This document shows, one piece after another, positions 12,363-23,846 of a stretch of 64,000 bases of DNA; position 1 is the stretch's first letter; every line of letters starts with the position of its first letter. The stretch spans positions 42,532,001 to 42,596,000 of the forward strand of contig NC_043009.1 of assembly GCF_006345805.1 (NCBI RefSeq), read 5' to 3'. This DNA is from Octopus sinensis. Taxonomy: Eukaryota. The notes beneath the pieces were generated by a model. The model ran no database searches. It was not told the DNA's origin and saw only the letters and a list, made by a program, of their open reading frames with translations. The position numbers and the translations under genes were made by a program.

Positions 12363-12531
12363 ATGTGGTGGAGACAAAGTTGGAACTCTGTCCATAAGGG
12401 AAACTACAGGAAACTCATCATCATCATTTCTCTCTTGCAAGAGAGCATTTGTTTCCTCTCCACCACTAAGCTTAACATCCTTTCCATAATCAGAGAAGTT
12501 TCTTATACCCAACACGTGTGCAGATAACTTC
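12309..12531 (-). CDS. Candidate terminal coding exon of an unidentified minus-strand gene
   Basis: CTAAT branch-like motifs and a CCACAG acceptor. Phase-2 frame open for 73 codons of non-repetitive, protein-like sequence (KLSAHVLGIRNFSDYGKDVKLSGGEETNALLQERNDDDEFPVVSLMDRVPTLSPPH, then poly-N) to TAA. No homologue recognised. Confidence 0.45.
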
Positions 12532-12653
12532 CTGTGGATAGACATTAGATGAAATATAATTAGTCAGTAATTAAACTAAATACTAACACACAAGCAGACG
12601 CACACATGTACACACACACACACTCACACATACATATTTGTATGTATGTATGT

Positions 12654-12702
<49 letters not shown>

Positions 12703-12857
12703 TGTCTGTCTGTATATATATATATAGCGAGAGAGAGAGAGAGGAGAGAGAGAGAGTGAGGGAGAAAGAGAGGAAAGTGGGGAGAAATGGAGATATATAT
12801 ATATTAGTTATGTGTGTTTGAGTGTATGGTCTGTATATATGTGTGCACGTGCATGTG

Positions 12858-12900
<43 letters not shown>

Positions 12901-13099
12901 ATGTACGTAAGTATATAAATATATTATACAAAACACAGACATATATGTGTATCTATATTTACATATATATATTTAGATATATATACAAATATACCGATAT
13001 ATATATATGTACGTATGTATATGTATGTATATATATATATATGTGTGTGTGTGTATGTGTGTGTGTGTATGTGTGTGTGTGTGTATGTGTGTGTGTGTC

Positions 13100-13131
<32 letters not shown>

Positions 13132-13444
13132 CACACACAGATATATTTACACACACGCACACACAAACAAACACACATGTACATACAGTTACACAATCCC
13201 ATATACATATAACCGAATGAACATAGATTTGTAAGTATATCCCAGTAGAGAAAAAAAGCTAAACTAAGAACTTGGCTGGTGCCAATTGCATTAATTAACT
13301 TGCACACGTATCATTAATTAAAATAAAATAAGTAATAATTTTTTAAAAGATGCAAATAGAAGATCCATGCACTACTTAATCCCATCCCACTCTTTCTTGT
13401 GCTGATAATGATGATGAAGGGTGAGGACAGAGGTCCTGCTGCTG

Positions 13445-13776
13445 CTAATGATGGTGATGATGATGATGATGATGATGATGAGGAGGAGGAGGAGGAGGAA
13501 GTGGAAGAGGAGTAGGAGGAAGTGGCAGAGGAGTAGGAGGAGACGAGCAGGAGGTAGAGGTGGAAGGGGAGTAGCAAGAGTAGAGGAGAGGGAATGAGGA
13601 GGAAAGGGTGGAGGGGGAATGGGGTGGAAGAGGAATGGGGTGGAGGAGGAGAAAGGGGAGCGGGAGTAAAGGGAGGTGACAGAAGGGGAGGAATGCAACG
13701 ATGATGACAATAATGACGACAACAACGATGACAGCCACTGTGGTGGTGATGACGACGATGACGATGATGATGAGAG

Positions 13777-13826
<50 letters not shown>

Positions 13827-13865
13827 ATGATGACGATGAGGATGGCAATGATGATGAAGAAGATG
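13445..13865. repeat. Composite GAT/GAG/GCT/GAC triplet tract
   Basis: Direct reading of the sequence. Confidence 0.9.
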
Positions 13866-14094
13866 GTGGCAGGGTTTCTTTTAACTGAATTTTTTTTTTT
13901 GTTGCTTTTCCTCAACAAATTCTCTGCAAAACACAATCCAAAATCCAGAATTTACCGAAGACTAATTAATTTCTACAATTGTCTTTATTAACTTATTGCA
14001 CTTTCTTCCCTTCTTCCCCATTACCAGACTTTTGGTTAATTCCTGTAACAGTATTTAATTGTTGTTAGCCATAATAAGAGCAAAAACAACCCTC

Positions 14095-14168
<74 letters not shown>

Positions 14169-14692
14169 TTATCTGTTAATCGATTTATCTCTCTACCTAT
14201 TAATTAATTTATCTGTCTGTTAATCTGTTCATTTGTATGACTGTCCATCAGTCTATCTATATATCTTCACTTTTTCTGTCTGTCTTTGTCTGTCTGTCTA
14301 TCTACTTATCTATCTATCTGTCTATCTTTCATCATATTGAACCGTTAATTCCTGCTCATTTTTTCCTTTCTCCATTCTTTTTTCGTTCTCTCTCCATTTT
14401 TCCCTCACGATCTTTTTGTCAAAGGGCATAGTCTTGAAATGTCAAAGACTTTTCCATTCTTCCCAAGCGTCAAACTAGTACACCTGCTTGTTGTTCCCTC
14501 AAATGTTTATATATGAATATAACACACACACACACACACACAGATACACGCACACACATATGTGCACTCGCAAATACATGCACTCACACACATTCACATT
14601 AACACACATGCAGATATCAGAAACACAGGCACATATAGACATGGATAGTGGAAGCTGTCTCACCAACATACACCTTAATGTTTGCTTGCATG

Positions 14693-14752
<60 letters not shown>

Positions 14753-14756
14753 CAAG

Positions 14757-15605
14757 ACAAAAGTAATGTCGGCTTTAAATTTTGGCACAAGGCCAGCAAG
14801 ACCAGGAAAGGTGGATAAGTCAATTACATCAACCCCAGTGTTCAACTGGTTGATATTTCTTTATCGCCCAAAGGGGGCTAAACATAGAGGGGACAAACAA
14901 AGGCAGACAAAGGGATTAAGTCGATTACATCGACCCCTATGTGTAACTGGTACTTATTTTATCAACACTGAAAGGATGAAAGACAAAGTCGACCTCGGCG
15001 GAATTTGAACTCAGAACGAAAACCGGTAGACGAGATACCTTTTCTACTCTAGGCACAAGGCCCAAAATATTTTGGAGAGAGGACCAGTCGATTAGATCGA
15101 CCCAGTACGCAACTGGTACTTAATTTATTGGCCCTGAAAGGATGAAACGCAAAGTCGACCTCGGCTGAATTTGAACCCAGAATGTAATGACAAACGAAGT
15201 ACTGCTAAGCGTTTCGCCCAGCATGCTAACCCTTCAACTGGTTCTTATTTTATCAACCCCAAAAGAATGAAAAGGCAAAATCGGCTTCATCAAAATTTGA
15301 ACTCAGAACATAAAGAAGCAAAATTCTTAACAGCATTTTGCCTCATGCTGACAATTCCATCCGTTCAATGCCTCACTAGAGAAAAGAATACTGGTTTGAA
15401 AATTTCACACAAGATCAGCAATTTAGGGCAAGAGACCAAGTCGATTAAAGCAACCCCAGTGCTCAAGCGGGTACTTATCTTATCGACCTCGAAAGGATGA
15501 AAGGCAAAGTCGATCCTGACAGCATTTGAACACGGAATATAAAGACAGACTAAATGTTGTTAAGCATTTTGCCGGAAGGGCGATGGTTCTGCCAGTTCAC
15601 CGCCT
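14757..15605 (-). mobile_element. Tandem cluster of type-A SINE copies
   Basis: Repeated GAAAGGATGAAAGGCAAAGTCGACCTCGGCGGAATTTGAAC-like cores in one orientation. Confidence 0.85.
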
Positions 15606-15928
15606 TAAATACAAAAATGTATTATTAAAATTTTTTAAAAACTGATAAAAAATATAACCTGTGGAAGCACTCTGCATAATGCCTGCACATAAAACCAGGT
15701 GGTGGGAGGGTTTCGAAAGAGAAGAGATGCTCATTTATACATAAGGGTGAAGCTGTTCCAAATCCAAATGTGTTTGGTCCATTATGTCTCCCCAGAGTGA
15801 TATTAGAAAAGGGATAGATGTATCCAAAGGCACTCCTGGTATTACCTCAGTATGTATGGTTCTTGTTATAAGCTATACAGTAGTGGGTAATTTAAAAGGT
15901 AAAACCGTGATTTAATATATATATTTAA

Positions 15929-16060
15929 AAAATGATAAGAAATTGAGCAATAATAACAGTTTGTAAATCATTGGCGTTTTAAAGTCATCGTTATTAAATG
16001 ACTTTAAAACACCAATGATCTACTTCTAACTGTTATTAGTGCTCCATTTCTTATCGTTTT
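15929..16060. repeat. Foldback palindrome (about 60-nt arms, 9-nt loop) between (TA)n tracts
   Basis: 15967-15988 pairs with 15998-16019 (21/22), 15951-15961 with 16028-16038 (11/11), and 15929-15949 with 16040-16060 (about 20/21 counting G-T). Confidence 0.9.
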
Positions 16061-16566
16061 ATATATATATATCTTAATTAGCCCTATTCACGATATCATA
16101 AGTACTATTCTTTTTCTAGACGTATTGGTAATTCCAGTTTTATTTTAGTACTAGCTTCATTTCACTACTATTTACACACCTTGGTTCCCTTTGTATAGAA
16201 ATAATCCATAAATATTTCCTTAGATCACTGATAGTTCATTCCTTTACCAATCGACTTCAAGCTCCAGGTTTGCAAGACTCTAACTTATTGAGCCTTCTGG
16301 CCTCATCTCGAGGCCCAGTTCTTTCCTCTTTACTCCACCCTTCGTTTATTTTATTACATGCACTTATATTCACTCTATGTGCTATGAAGACGACGAATAT
16401 TATTTTCGGAATTTCTTTCGGAAGCACCGACTCACATTGGGGGCGGAAACGGCTGTAAGAAATGTTATGTCACGTTTTGTATTAAAAAGTAATCGACTGA
16501 TGTTGGTCAATTTGTTTCTTTGTTAAAAGTTTTCTCCATTTTCTGATGATATATATATATATAGTT

Positions 16567-17003
16567 GCAGGCGTGGCTGTGTGGAAAGAAGCTTGCTTTA
16601 CAATCTCATGGTTTCGGGTTCAGTCCCACTGTGCGACATCTTGGGTAAGTGTCTTCTACTGTATCCTCAGCCGACCAAAACCTTGTGTGTGGATATGGTA
16701 GATGGAAACTGAAAGAAGCCTGTCGTATATATATATATATATATAGTATTTATTTATATATTTATGTGTGTGTCTTTGTTTCTGTGTTTGGTCCCTCCCA
16801 CCATCACTTGACATCCGATGTTGGTATGTTTATATCTCTATAACTTAGCAGTTTGTTAAAAAGAGACTGATACAATAAGTACTAGGCTTACAAAGAATAA
16901 TCCCTGGAGTCGATTTCTACGACTAAAATACGCCTTAAGGTGTTGGTACTCCAGCATGGTTACAGTTAAATGACTGAAACAAGTAGAAGAATAAAAGAAT
17001 AAA
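16567..17003 (+). mobile_element. SINE type B
   Basis: Same architecture; abuts the Tc1 left TIR. Confidence 0.8.
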
Positions 17004-17011
17004 GGACTATA

Positions 17012-18277
17012 CAGAGGTTGAATAAAATAATGGAATTACCTAGCATCATAGCATCATAATTTTGAAATATCTATAAAACCATCAAAAGCTTGTTTATTTT
17101 TGTTTTTTTTAATTTATTATTAGTGTTGCTTAATATGTTTTGCTAAAATTGCTGTTTCTTTTCAGATATCATCAGAAAAGGTAATTAAATTCATTAAAAT
17201 GACAGATCTATCAAAATTTCAAAGAGGTCAATTTGTTGGTGCTCGAATGTCAGGCACTAGCGTAATGAAAACAGCTGAAATGTTTGGTATATCAAGTACG
17301 GTCTCGAAAGTAATGACAGCCTTTGAGAAAGAGGGAAACACCTCCTCACCCAAACAAAACTCCGGAAGAAAACCAAAACTTTCAGATAGGGACCATCGGA
17401 CTCTTACGCGAATTGTTAGAAAGGATCACAAAAGTACAGCTCTTAAAATTACTGCAGAACTTAATGACCACCTCGAGAATCCAGTTTCCACAAAAACTGT
17501 TCACCAGGAGCCATACAAAGCTTGATTTCACAGAAAGGCTGCAATCAGAAAACCACTGTTTTCAAAAACAAACATTGCAAAGCGTTTAGATTGGAGTAAA
17601 ACCAACAGAATTGGTCCCTAGAGAAGTGGGAGGATGTTATTTTCTCGCACGGGTCTTCTTTTACCTTATTTCCAACCACCGGCCAAGTATACGTATGGAG
17701 ACAGCCAAAAGAAGCATTTGTCCCAGACTGCCTTCTTCCGACTGTTAAACATGGAGGAGGATTTGTGATGATCTGGGGAGCTGCATCTTGGAATCTGCCA
17801 GCCCAATGGTTTCCCTTCGTGGCAGAATTAATCATCAAGACTATTTAAGCATTTTATCTGATCAAATTCATCCAATGATTGCAGGAATGTTTCTGGAGGG
17901 AAACGCAATTTTTCAGGATGATAATGCATCAATTTACACAGCTAAAGTTGTTACTGAATGGCACGAGGAACATTTTAGTGAAGTTGAACCTCTTATCTGG
18001 CCACCACAGTCCCCAGATCTCAATATTATTGAACATTTATGGTGCATTTTAGAAAATCAAGTAAGGAGTCGATATCCTCTACCATCATCACTACATGACT
18101 GGAGATTGTTTTAGCTGAAGAATGGACAAAAATTCCTTTGGAAACAATTCAAACTTTGTACGAGTCCATACCTCATAGAATTCACGCTGTAATTACTGCC
18201 AAAGGCAGTCCTAATCCATATTAAAATAAAATTTGTTTGAAATTTTAAGGTGTTTCTATTATTTTGTCCAACCCCTG
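17012..18277 (+). mobile_element. Tc1-superfamily DNA transposon, full length but pseudogenised (DD36E spacing)
   Basis: About 30-bp imperfect TIRs (CAGAGGTTGAATAAAATAAT.. / ..ATTATTTTGTCCAACCCCTG) with TA target sites. Transposase fragments: HTH with GRKPKLS, TVKHGGG, FQDDNA, WPPQSPDLNIIEHLW. Stop at 17523-17525 and frameshifts. Confidence 0.92.
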
Positions 18278-18289
18278 TATATACTGTGA

Positions 18290-18385
18290 ATTGGTTTGCA
18301 GACATTGGAACTTGGCACAGTTCTGTGGCTTTGTCAGTTCTTCTCAAACCATCTAACCCATGCCAGTATGGAAAATAGATGTTAA

Positions 18386-18417
<32 letters not shown>

Positions 18418-18440
18418 GATGATAATGATGATGATGATAT
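18290..18440 (+). mobile_element. RTE-type 3' tail fragment
   Basis: CCATCTAACCCATGCCAGTATGG...GTTAAATGATGATG, the same tail as at 43450-43500. Confidence 0.55.
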
Positions 18441-18717
18441 ATACATGGTGTGGGCTTAATACCAATGGCAGATGTTTGAGCAACCAAGGCATATAAGTTT
18501 GTTTTAATGATGGATTGCACCTCATCAGTTGCCAAGCCTTCAGTTAGGTCATAGTAGTTTCGCTGTAACATAGTATGTTCACATCCCAGTAACTTAGCAG
18601 TTCAACAAAAGAGACCAACAGACTATGTAATAGTTTTAAGTACAAGGCTTAAAACTATTACTACTGTGGTTTATTCATTGGACTAAAAACCATCTTCGAG
18701 GCAGTACCCCAGCATGC

Positions 18718-19290
18718 CGCCCCCTCAAAATAAGGGTAGAGGAGCATCGCAAATCTGTGACACTAGGAGATATTGATAAATCGGGTATAGCTGATCATGT
18801 ATGGAAAAACAGAGACCACCTCCCCCTGTGAGACGTAGTTAAAATAATAGACGGAGATGACCACTAGAAAGTACGAAAACTAAAAGAAGCAAGACATATG
18901 CTAGGACACAACAACCTCCTAAGCAGACCGAATGCAGATATAAGTAGTATATGGGAACCGGTATTAAGGAAGGATATGAAAATAATAATAATAATAATAG
19001 CCCTAGGAGTCGGGAAGACACTCGGCAAGAAATGGAAGTAAATTTGAAAGAAGAAGAAAAAAGATAACAATAATAATAATAATAATAACAACAACAACAA
19101 CAACAACAATATCGAAAAATAGTAATGAGAACCCAGGTTCGAAATTTCCCCAAGATACCTGAAGAAGGCTGGAGGGTATATCAACCGAAACGTTGTGTTA
19201 ACAACAAACAAGATGAGGACAAATATCCGTCAAATGTAAATAATGTAAATATTGTACATAATTCCTCATCTCTTGAATATAGAACTGAAA
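18718..19290 (+). mobile_element. Penelope-like element 3' remnant (GIY-YIG C-terminal part plus 3' region)
   Basis: Reads RPLKIRVEEHRK..KSGIADHVWKNRDH..KIID..RKLKEARHM with two stops, the typical PLE GIY-YIG C-half. A hammerhead-like motif lies downstream. Confidence 0.8.
19154..19199 (+). ncRNA. Minimal type-I hammerhead ribozyme motif (PLE type)
   Basis: Stem I GATAC/GTGTT; core CTGAAGA plus an extra A; stem II GGCTG/CAACC with one mismatch; GAAA; palindromic helix III AACGTT; GUU cleavage triplet. Confidence 0.65.
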
Positions 19291-19844
19291 AGATAAGGTA
19301 TCAAGCTGGCAAAATTGTTAGCGGAAGTGCTTAAAAGCTTTTCATCCCTTTTTATGTTCTGAATTCAAATTCCACTGAGGTTGACTTTGCCGTCGATCCT
19401 TTTAGAGTTGATAAAATAGGTACCAGTTGTATACTTGAGTTGATGTAATCAATTCACACCTCACTCCAAAGTTTGCTGGTCTTGATCTAAAATTGGAAGC
19501 CAATATTAATTTTAATATAGGGCTAATGCATAGGAACTTCTGATGAGAAATTGTCACTTAACACAGTTAATCAGATCATCAAATAAAATCCATTTTAAAA
19601 TATGTTGTTTATTTCAGAGCAGAAAGAACAATACAGGAGGTTTTTGGTGCAATTTCTGAAAATGGCAAAAAGTAAGGGAAAGAGGAGAACAAACACTCCT
19701 CATGGATTATTACCAAGCTGAAAACATAGTGTGAAATTGCAGAACTAAGGAAGAGGGGCAGATGGGAATGTTGCATTGAGGAATGGTTTAACCATTTCGT
19801 TATATCTCTTTTGAAATGCATTGACTTTGTTTCAATTAAATTTG

Positions 19845-20157
19845 CACTCCGCCGGTTATGAAGATGCGGGTTCCACTTGATCTGATCAATGGAACAACCT
19901 GCTCGTGAATTAATATGCCAATAGCTGAGTGCTCCACAGAAATGCGTACCCATAATGTATTTCCTAGGAAGATTCAGGGAGACACAGAATGTGACATGGC
20001 TGGCCCTTTCAAATACAGTTACTACTCATTTTTGCCAGTTGAGTGGACTGGAGCAACGTAAAATAAAGTGTCTTGCTTAAGGACACAATGCACCACTGGA
20101 AATCGAACTCACAACCTTACAATCATGAGCTGATTACCCTAACCACTAAGCCACATG
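19845..20157 (-). mobile_element. SINE with C-like head and tail X
   Basis: Head resembles type C; the tail GAGCAGGTTGTTCCATTGATCAGATCAAGTGGAACC..GGAGTGC is shared with 42800-42864 and 63622-63690. Confidence 0.7.
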
Positions 20158-20159
20158 GA

Positions 20160-20334
20160 AAATAATGGAGAATTTGTATTATTAAGTTGATGTAATGTTT
20201 GGAAGAAATAAACAAATTTTGATGTAAAGTTACACAGGAGATACTACACTGTTGTTTTATGTTAAATTACTTGAAAACAAGGAATTTGTACCACAGAATT
20301 AGGGACGATCTCAGGTAGGTTGGTATCAAACGGG
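20160..20334. mobile_element. Partial TTAA-type MITE (right end ...GGG|TTAA)
   Basis: Ends GGTATCAAACGGG-TTAA. Its interior resembles the SINE-interrupted element at about 3797-4245. Confidence 0.45.
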
Positions 20335-20712
20335 TTAAGCATATTAGTTAAGGGTAGAAACAGTCCATCTGACGGGTTTCCGTTGAGTAGTTAACTTAGG
20401 AAAGATGATAGCAATGTAATTCGATCAATAATTTTCATGTACTTAAAAGAAAGATGGCTGATATCTAAACAAAAAATACCCTTATTCCTTTATCAGATTC
20501 ACAGAAATGGAATGTTTTTGATGAAGCATCCTTTTTAGCTTTGATAAATGTGCCAATACATACATACATACATACATACATACATACATACATACATACA
20601 TACATACATACATACATACACATGTGTGTGTGTGCATGCATATCAAATTTTAAGATATGTGTATTATGTCATTTTATTTCTCTTATGTGTATGATATAAA
20701 AGAATATGTTTA

Positions 20713-20743
<31 letters not shown>

Positions 20744-22288
20744 GCACACACACATATGTATATACACAATATGATTATATGATTTGTACGTTATCCAAAT
20801 GATATAATATATATCATCTGGATATATTTATCATTTTATCCTTTTTAAATATAGTCAACATGTAGTATCATTTTCTCTAAACATTACATTCTTCATTCTT
20901 ATCAAATATCCGGCTTATATCAAATTTACCTATAGACATACACATATACACACACACATATCATACACATACACTCACATACAAATATTTACAAACGTAC
21001 ATACATACTGACAAATATATGCATGCACCAAAATAAACACATATAGTTCATATAGACGTTAATTTAAGATGGCTTCCTGCTAATATCCAAAAATTTGGAC
21101 AGCTATTTTCAACAGAATTTTGCCATAGATCTTGTACCAAAATATAAGACGGCACTGTGACAGAGGATGTCTCACTTTACTAGTGTTTTGCCTGTTGTCT
21201 CACAAAAAGACATTAAAATGTTACTCTAGGTCTGCAAATTGAACTTAGCTCTGCTTTTCTGTTCATTATTGGTGCAGCAGTTTCAAAATAAGATACTTCT
21301 CCGTCAAACGTAAATTGCACTATTTTTGACATATATTGTATGGTGTACTTCTGTCCAAGATACAATATGCAATGTGCTTCAACAGTGTAGTATCTCCTGT
21401 GTAACAGTGTTTGAGAAAACCTTATGTACTAGTATAACCTGGTATTAAATGTGTTTTCATTTATGTTGATGCAATATACACAACTACAATCCTTTTCGTC
21501 AATCATTTAAACACTGGTTTTACAGGAGACATAAATTTGTGTTTACACCAACTTCATTCACCTTTTCTAGATTGTGATATTAAAACAGCTTCTAAGATGG
21601 CAAGCTGGCAGAATAGTTAACATGCCAAGCAAAATACTTAGCAGGATTTCCTCCATCTTTATGTTCTGGGTTCAAATTCTACCAAGCTCAACTTTGCCTT
21701 TCATCCTTTCAGAGTCGATAAGATAAGTACTAATCAAACACTGGGTTGATGTAATTGACTAACCCCTGACTCAAAATTTCTGACCTTGTGCCTACAGTAC
21801 TAGTGTTGATGCAAATGATTTGTCCCCTCCCTTGAAATTACTGATCATCTGCCAAAAATTGGAGACCGATATTATGAAAGCTTATTATTTCATTTCAAAG
21901 ACGAATTTGTAGCATAACTAATTTTATTGTGTGGGATGTGTAATCTACAACGAGTGTTTATGGAAGTGATTATTGATTAAGGAGTTAGTTACACTGGCCA
22001 CAGCTTTTCTTGCTCTATGGTGGGTTGAACCAAATCATATATCTATGTCTTACAGAAGAATAGTTACTGTTTCCAATAAGTTATATACTGTCAAATCTTT
22101 GAAGAGGTTATGCATGAAATCTTACTTGTAATTAAGCCAGTAATTGTATAAGGTTACTTCATTGAATTATGGCACGATTATTTGCAAATAACTGTAGGCA
22201 TTTTCTTAATAACATTTGTTGTATAGGTGGCATCCAGGCATGTATATATATACATAGATACAAACATACATACATACATACATACATG

Positions 22289-22351
<63 letters not shown>

Positions 22352-22503
22352 ATATACATATACATATACATATACATGTGTGTATATATATATATGTATA
22401 TATATATATATGTATATATATATATGGTAAATGAAAGACAGGAGATGAAATATATGAGAATTTATTGTTAAACATGACAATTGTTTCAACACATCTAACG
22501 TCT

Positions 22504-22622
22504 TCACCATATTCACCAGACCTTGCACCAACTGGTTATCATGTTTTCCTGGCATTAGACAACTTTTTGCAAGGAAAAAAACTTCAAATCTGAAGATGAA
22601 AAAACAGTCTTACGTGATTTCT
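22504..22622 (+). repeat. Duplicated internal fragment of the adjacent mariner (PYSPDLAP region)
   Basis: Matches 23552-23672 nearly base for base over the first about 90 nt. Confidence 0.85.
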
Positions 22623-22699
22623 TATGCACTAAGTTTGACAGTCGTTAACTCTAATGTTTTATCCTGACAATTCTTTGTTTTATTATATTGAAGAGTTAA

Positions 22700-23846
22700 A
22701 TCATCACTTTTCGAAATGCAATTCATGATGTCTGATTATATTGTGAGTTTTCTCTTGCAAATCAATTTTAGTGAACCCTTGAATAGATAAAAAAAACTCA
22801 TGTTGTTTATGAATATGAGTTCTGTCATGGAACCAATGCATCCCAGACAGCTCAAAACATCAATAAGGTGTTTGGTGAAGATGTGGCGAATGAGCGCACT
22901 GTATGTCGATGATTTGAGAAGTTCTGGTCTGGTGACTTTACTCTTGAAAAATCAGCCTCATAATAGACCTGAGACCAAGTTAGATAATGATGAGCTGGAA
23001 ACTGTTGTGGTAGTGGATACATCTCAGAAAGGTTTGATGTTTCGATTCCAACTGTATCGAACCATCTGAAACAAATCGGCAAGGTAAAGAATCTGTACAA
23101 GTAGATACCACATGAACTGAACAAGCATCAAATAACACGTAATCTGGATACTTTTTGTTCTTTGCTGTCACAGTATAAAAGTGAACCATTTTTGCATTGT
23201 ATTGTTATGTGTGATGAAAAATGGATTCTTTTCAACAATAGCAAGCATTTTGCATGGTGGTTGGATAGAGACGAAATGACAAAACTCAATCCAAAAAAGT
23301 GTATTCACCAAAAAAAGCTAATGGCGTCTGTTTGGTGGTCCAGTGCTGATATCATCCACTACAGCTTCATGAGACCTGGTAAGTCAATTACAGTGGATGT
23401 ATACATGGGATGATGAGTGAACTTGCAATTAAACAATCGAGATTGGTCAATAGAGACTGGCCAATTCTCTTGTAAGACAATGCTCAACTATGTGTTGCAC
23501 AAAGAATGCTATTCAAATCACAGGAACTGAATTTGGAAGTACTCTGTCATCCACCATATTCACCAGACCTTGCACCAACTGACTATCACGTTTTCCAGGC
23601 ATTAGACAACTTTTTGCAAGGAAAAAAACTTCAAATCTGAAGAAGATTCAAAAACAACCTTTCGTGGTTTCATCACCTCTTGCTCTCCAGAATTCTTCAC
23701 TACTAGTATAAATAAGCTACCGATAAAATGGCAAAATTGTGTTGATAATTTAGGTGCATACTTTAATTACCTGCATTACTTTTTGTTGCGATAAAGTAAA
23801 ATAAACTTTTATTTCAAAATCAGACATTACATTCTTAACGACCTGA
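22700..23846 (+). mobile_element. mariner (DD34D) transposon fossil
   Basis: Fragments YEYEFCHGTNASQTAQNINKVFGEDVANERTV, IPHEL, CDEKWI, KLMASVWWS, DNA...HPPYSPDLAPTD (34 residues between the Ds), and KWQNCVDNLGAYFN*. Right TIR-like end ...AACGACCTGA-TA; the left end is degraded. Confidence 0.88.

Noticed and set aside
14757-15605. Regularly recurring about 40-bp cores resembling a CRISPR array (also 58262-59106)
   Set aside because: The intervening sequences are homologous SINE parts rather than unique spacers; eukaryotic context and no cas genes.
16405-16462. GAAAC-GGCT-GTA resembling the 3' half of a hammerhead
   Set aside because: No CUGANGA core or pairable stem II upstream.
19617-19672. 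Plus-strand exon-like segment (TTTCAG|...|GTAAGG)
   Set aside because: Short, two alternative open frames, no recognisable product, and opposite to the better exon candidate; cannot be distinguished from chance.
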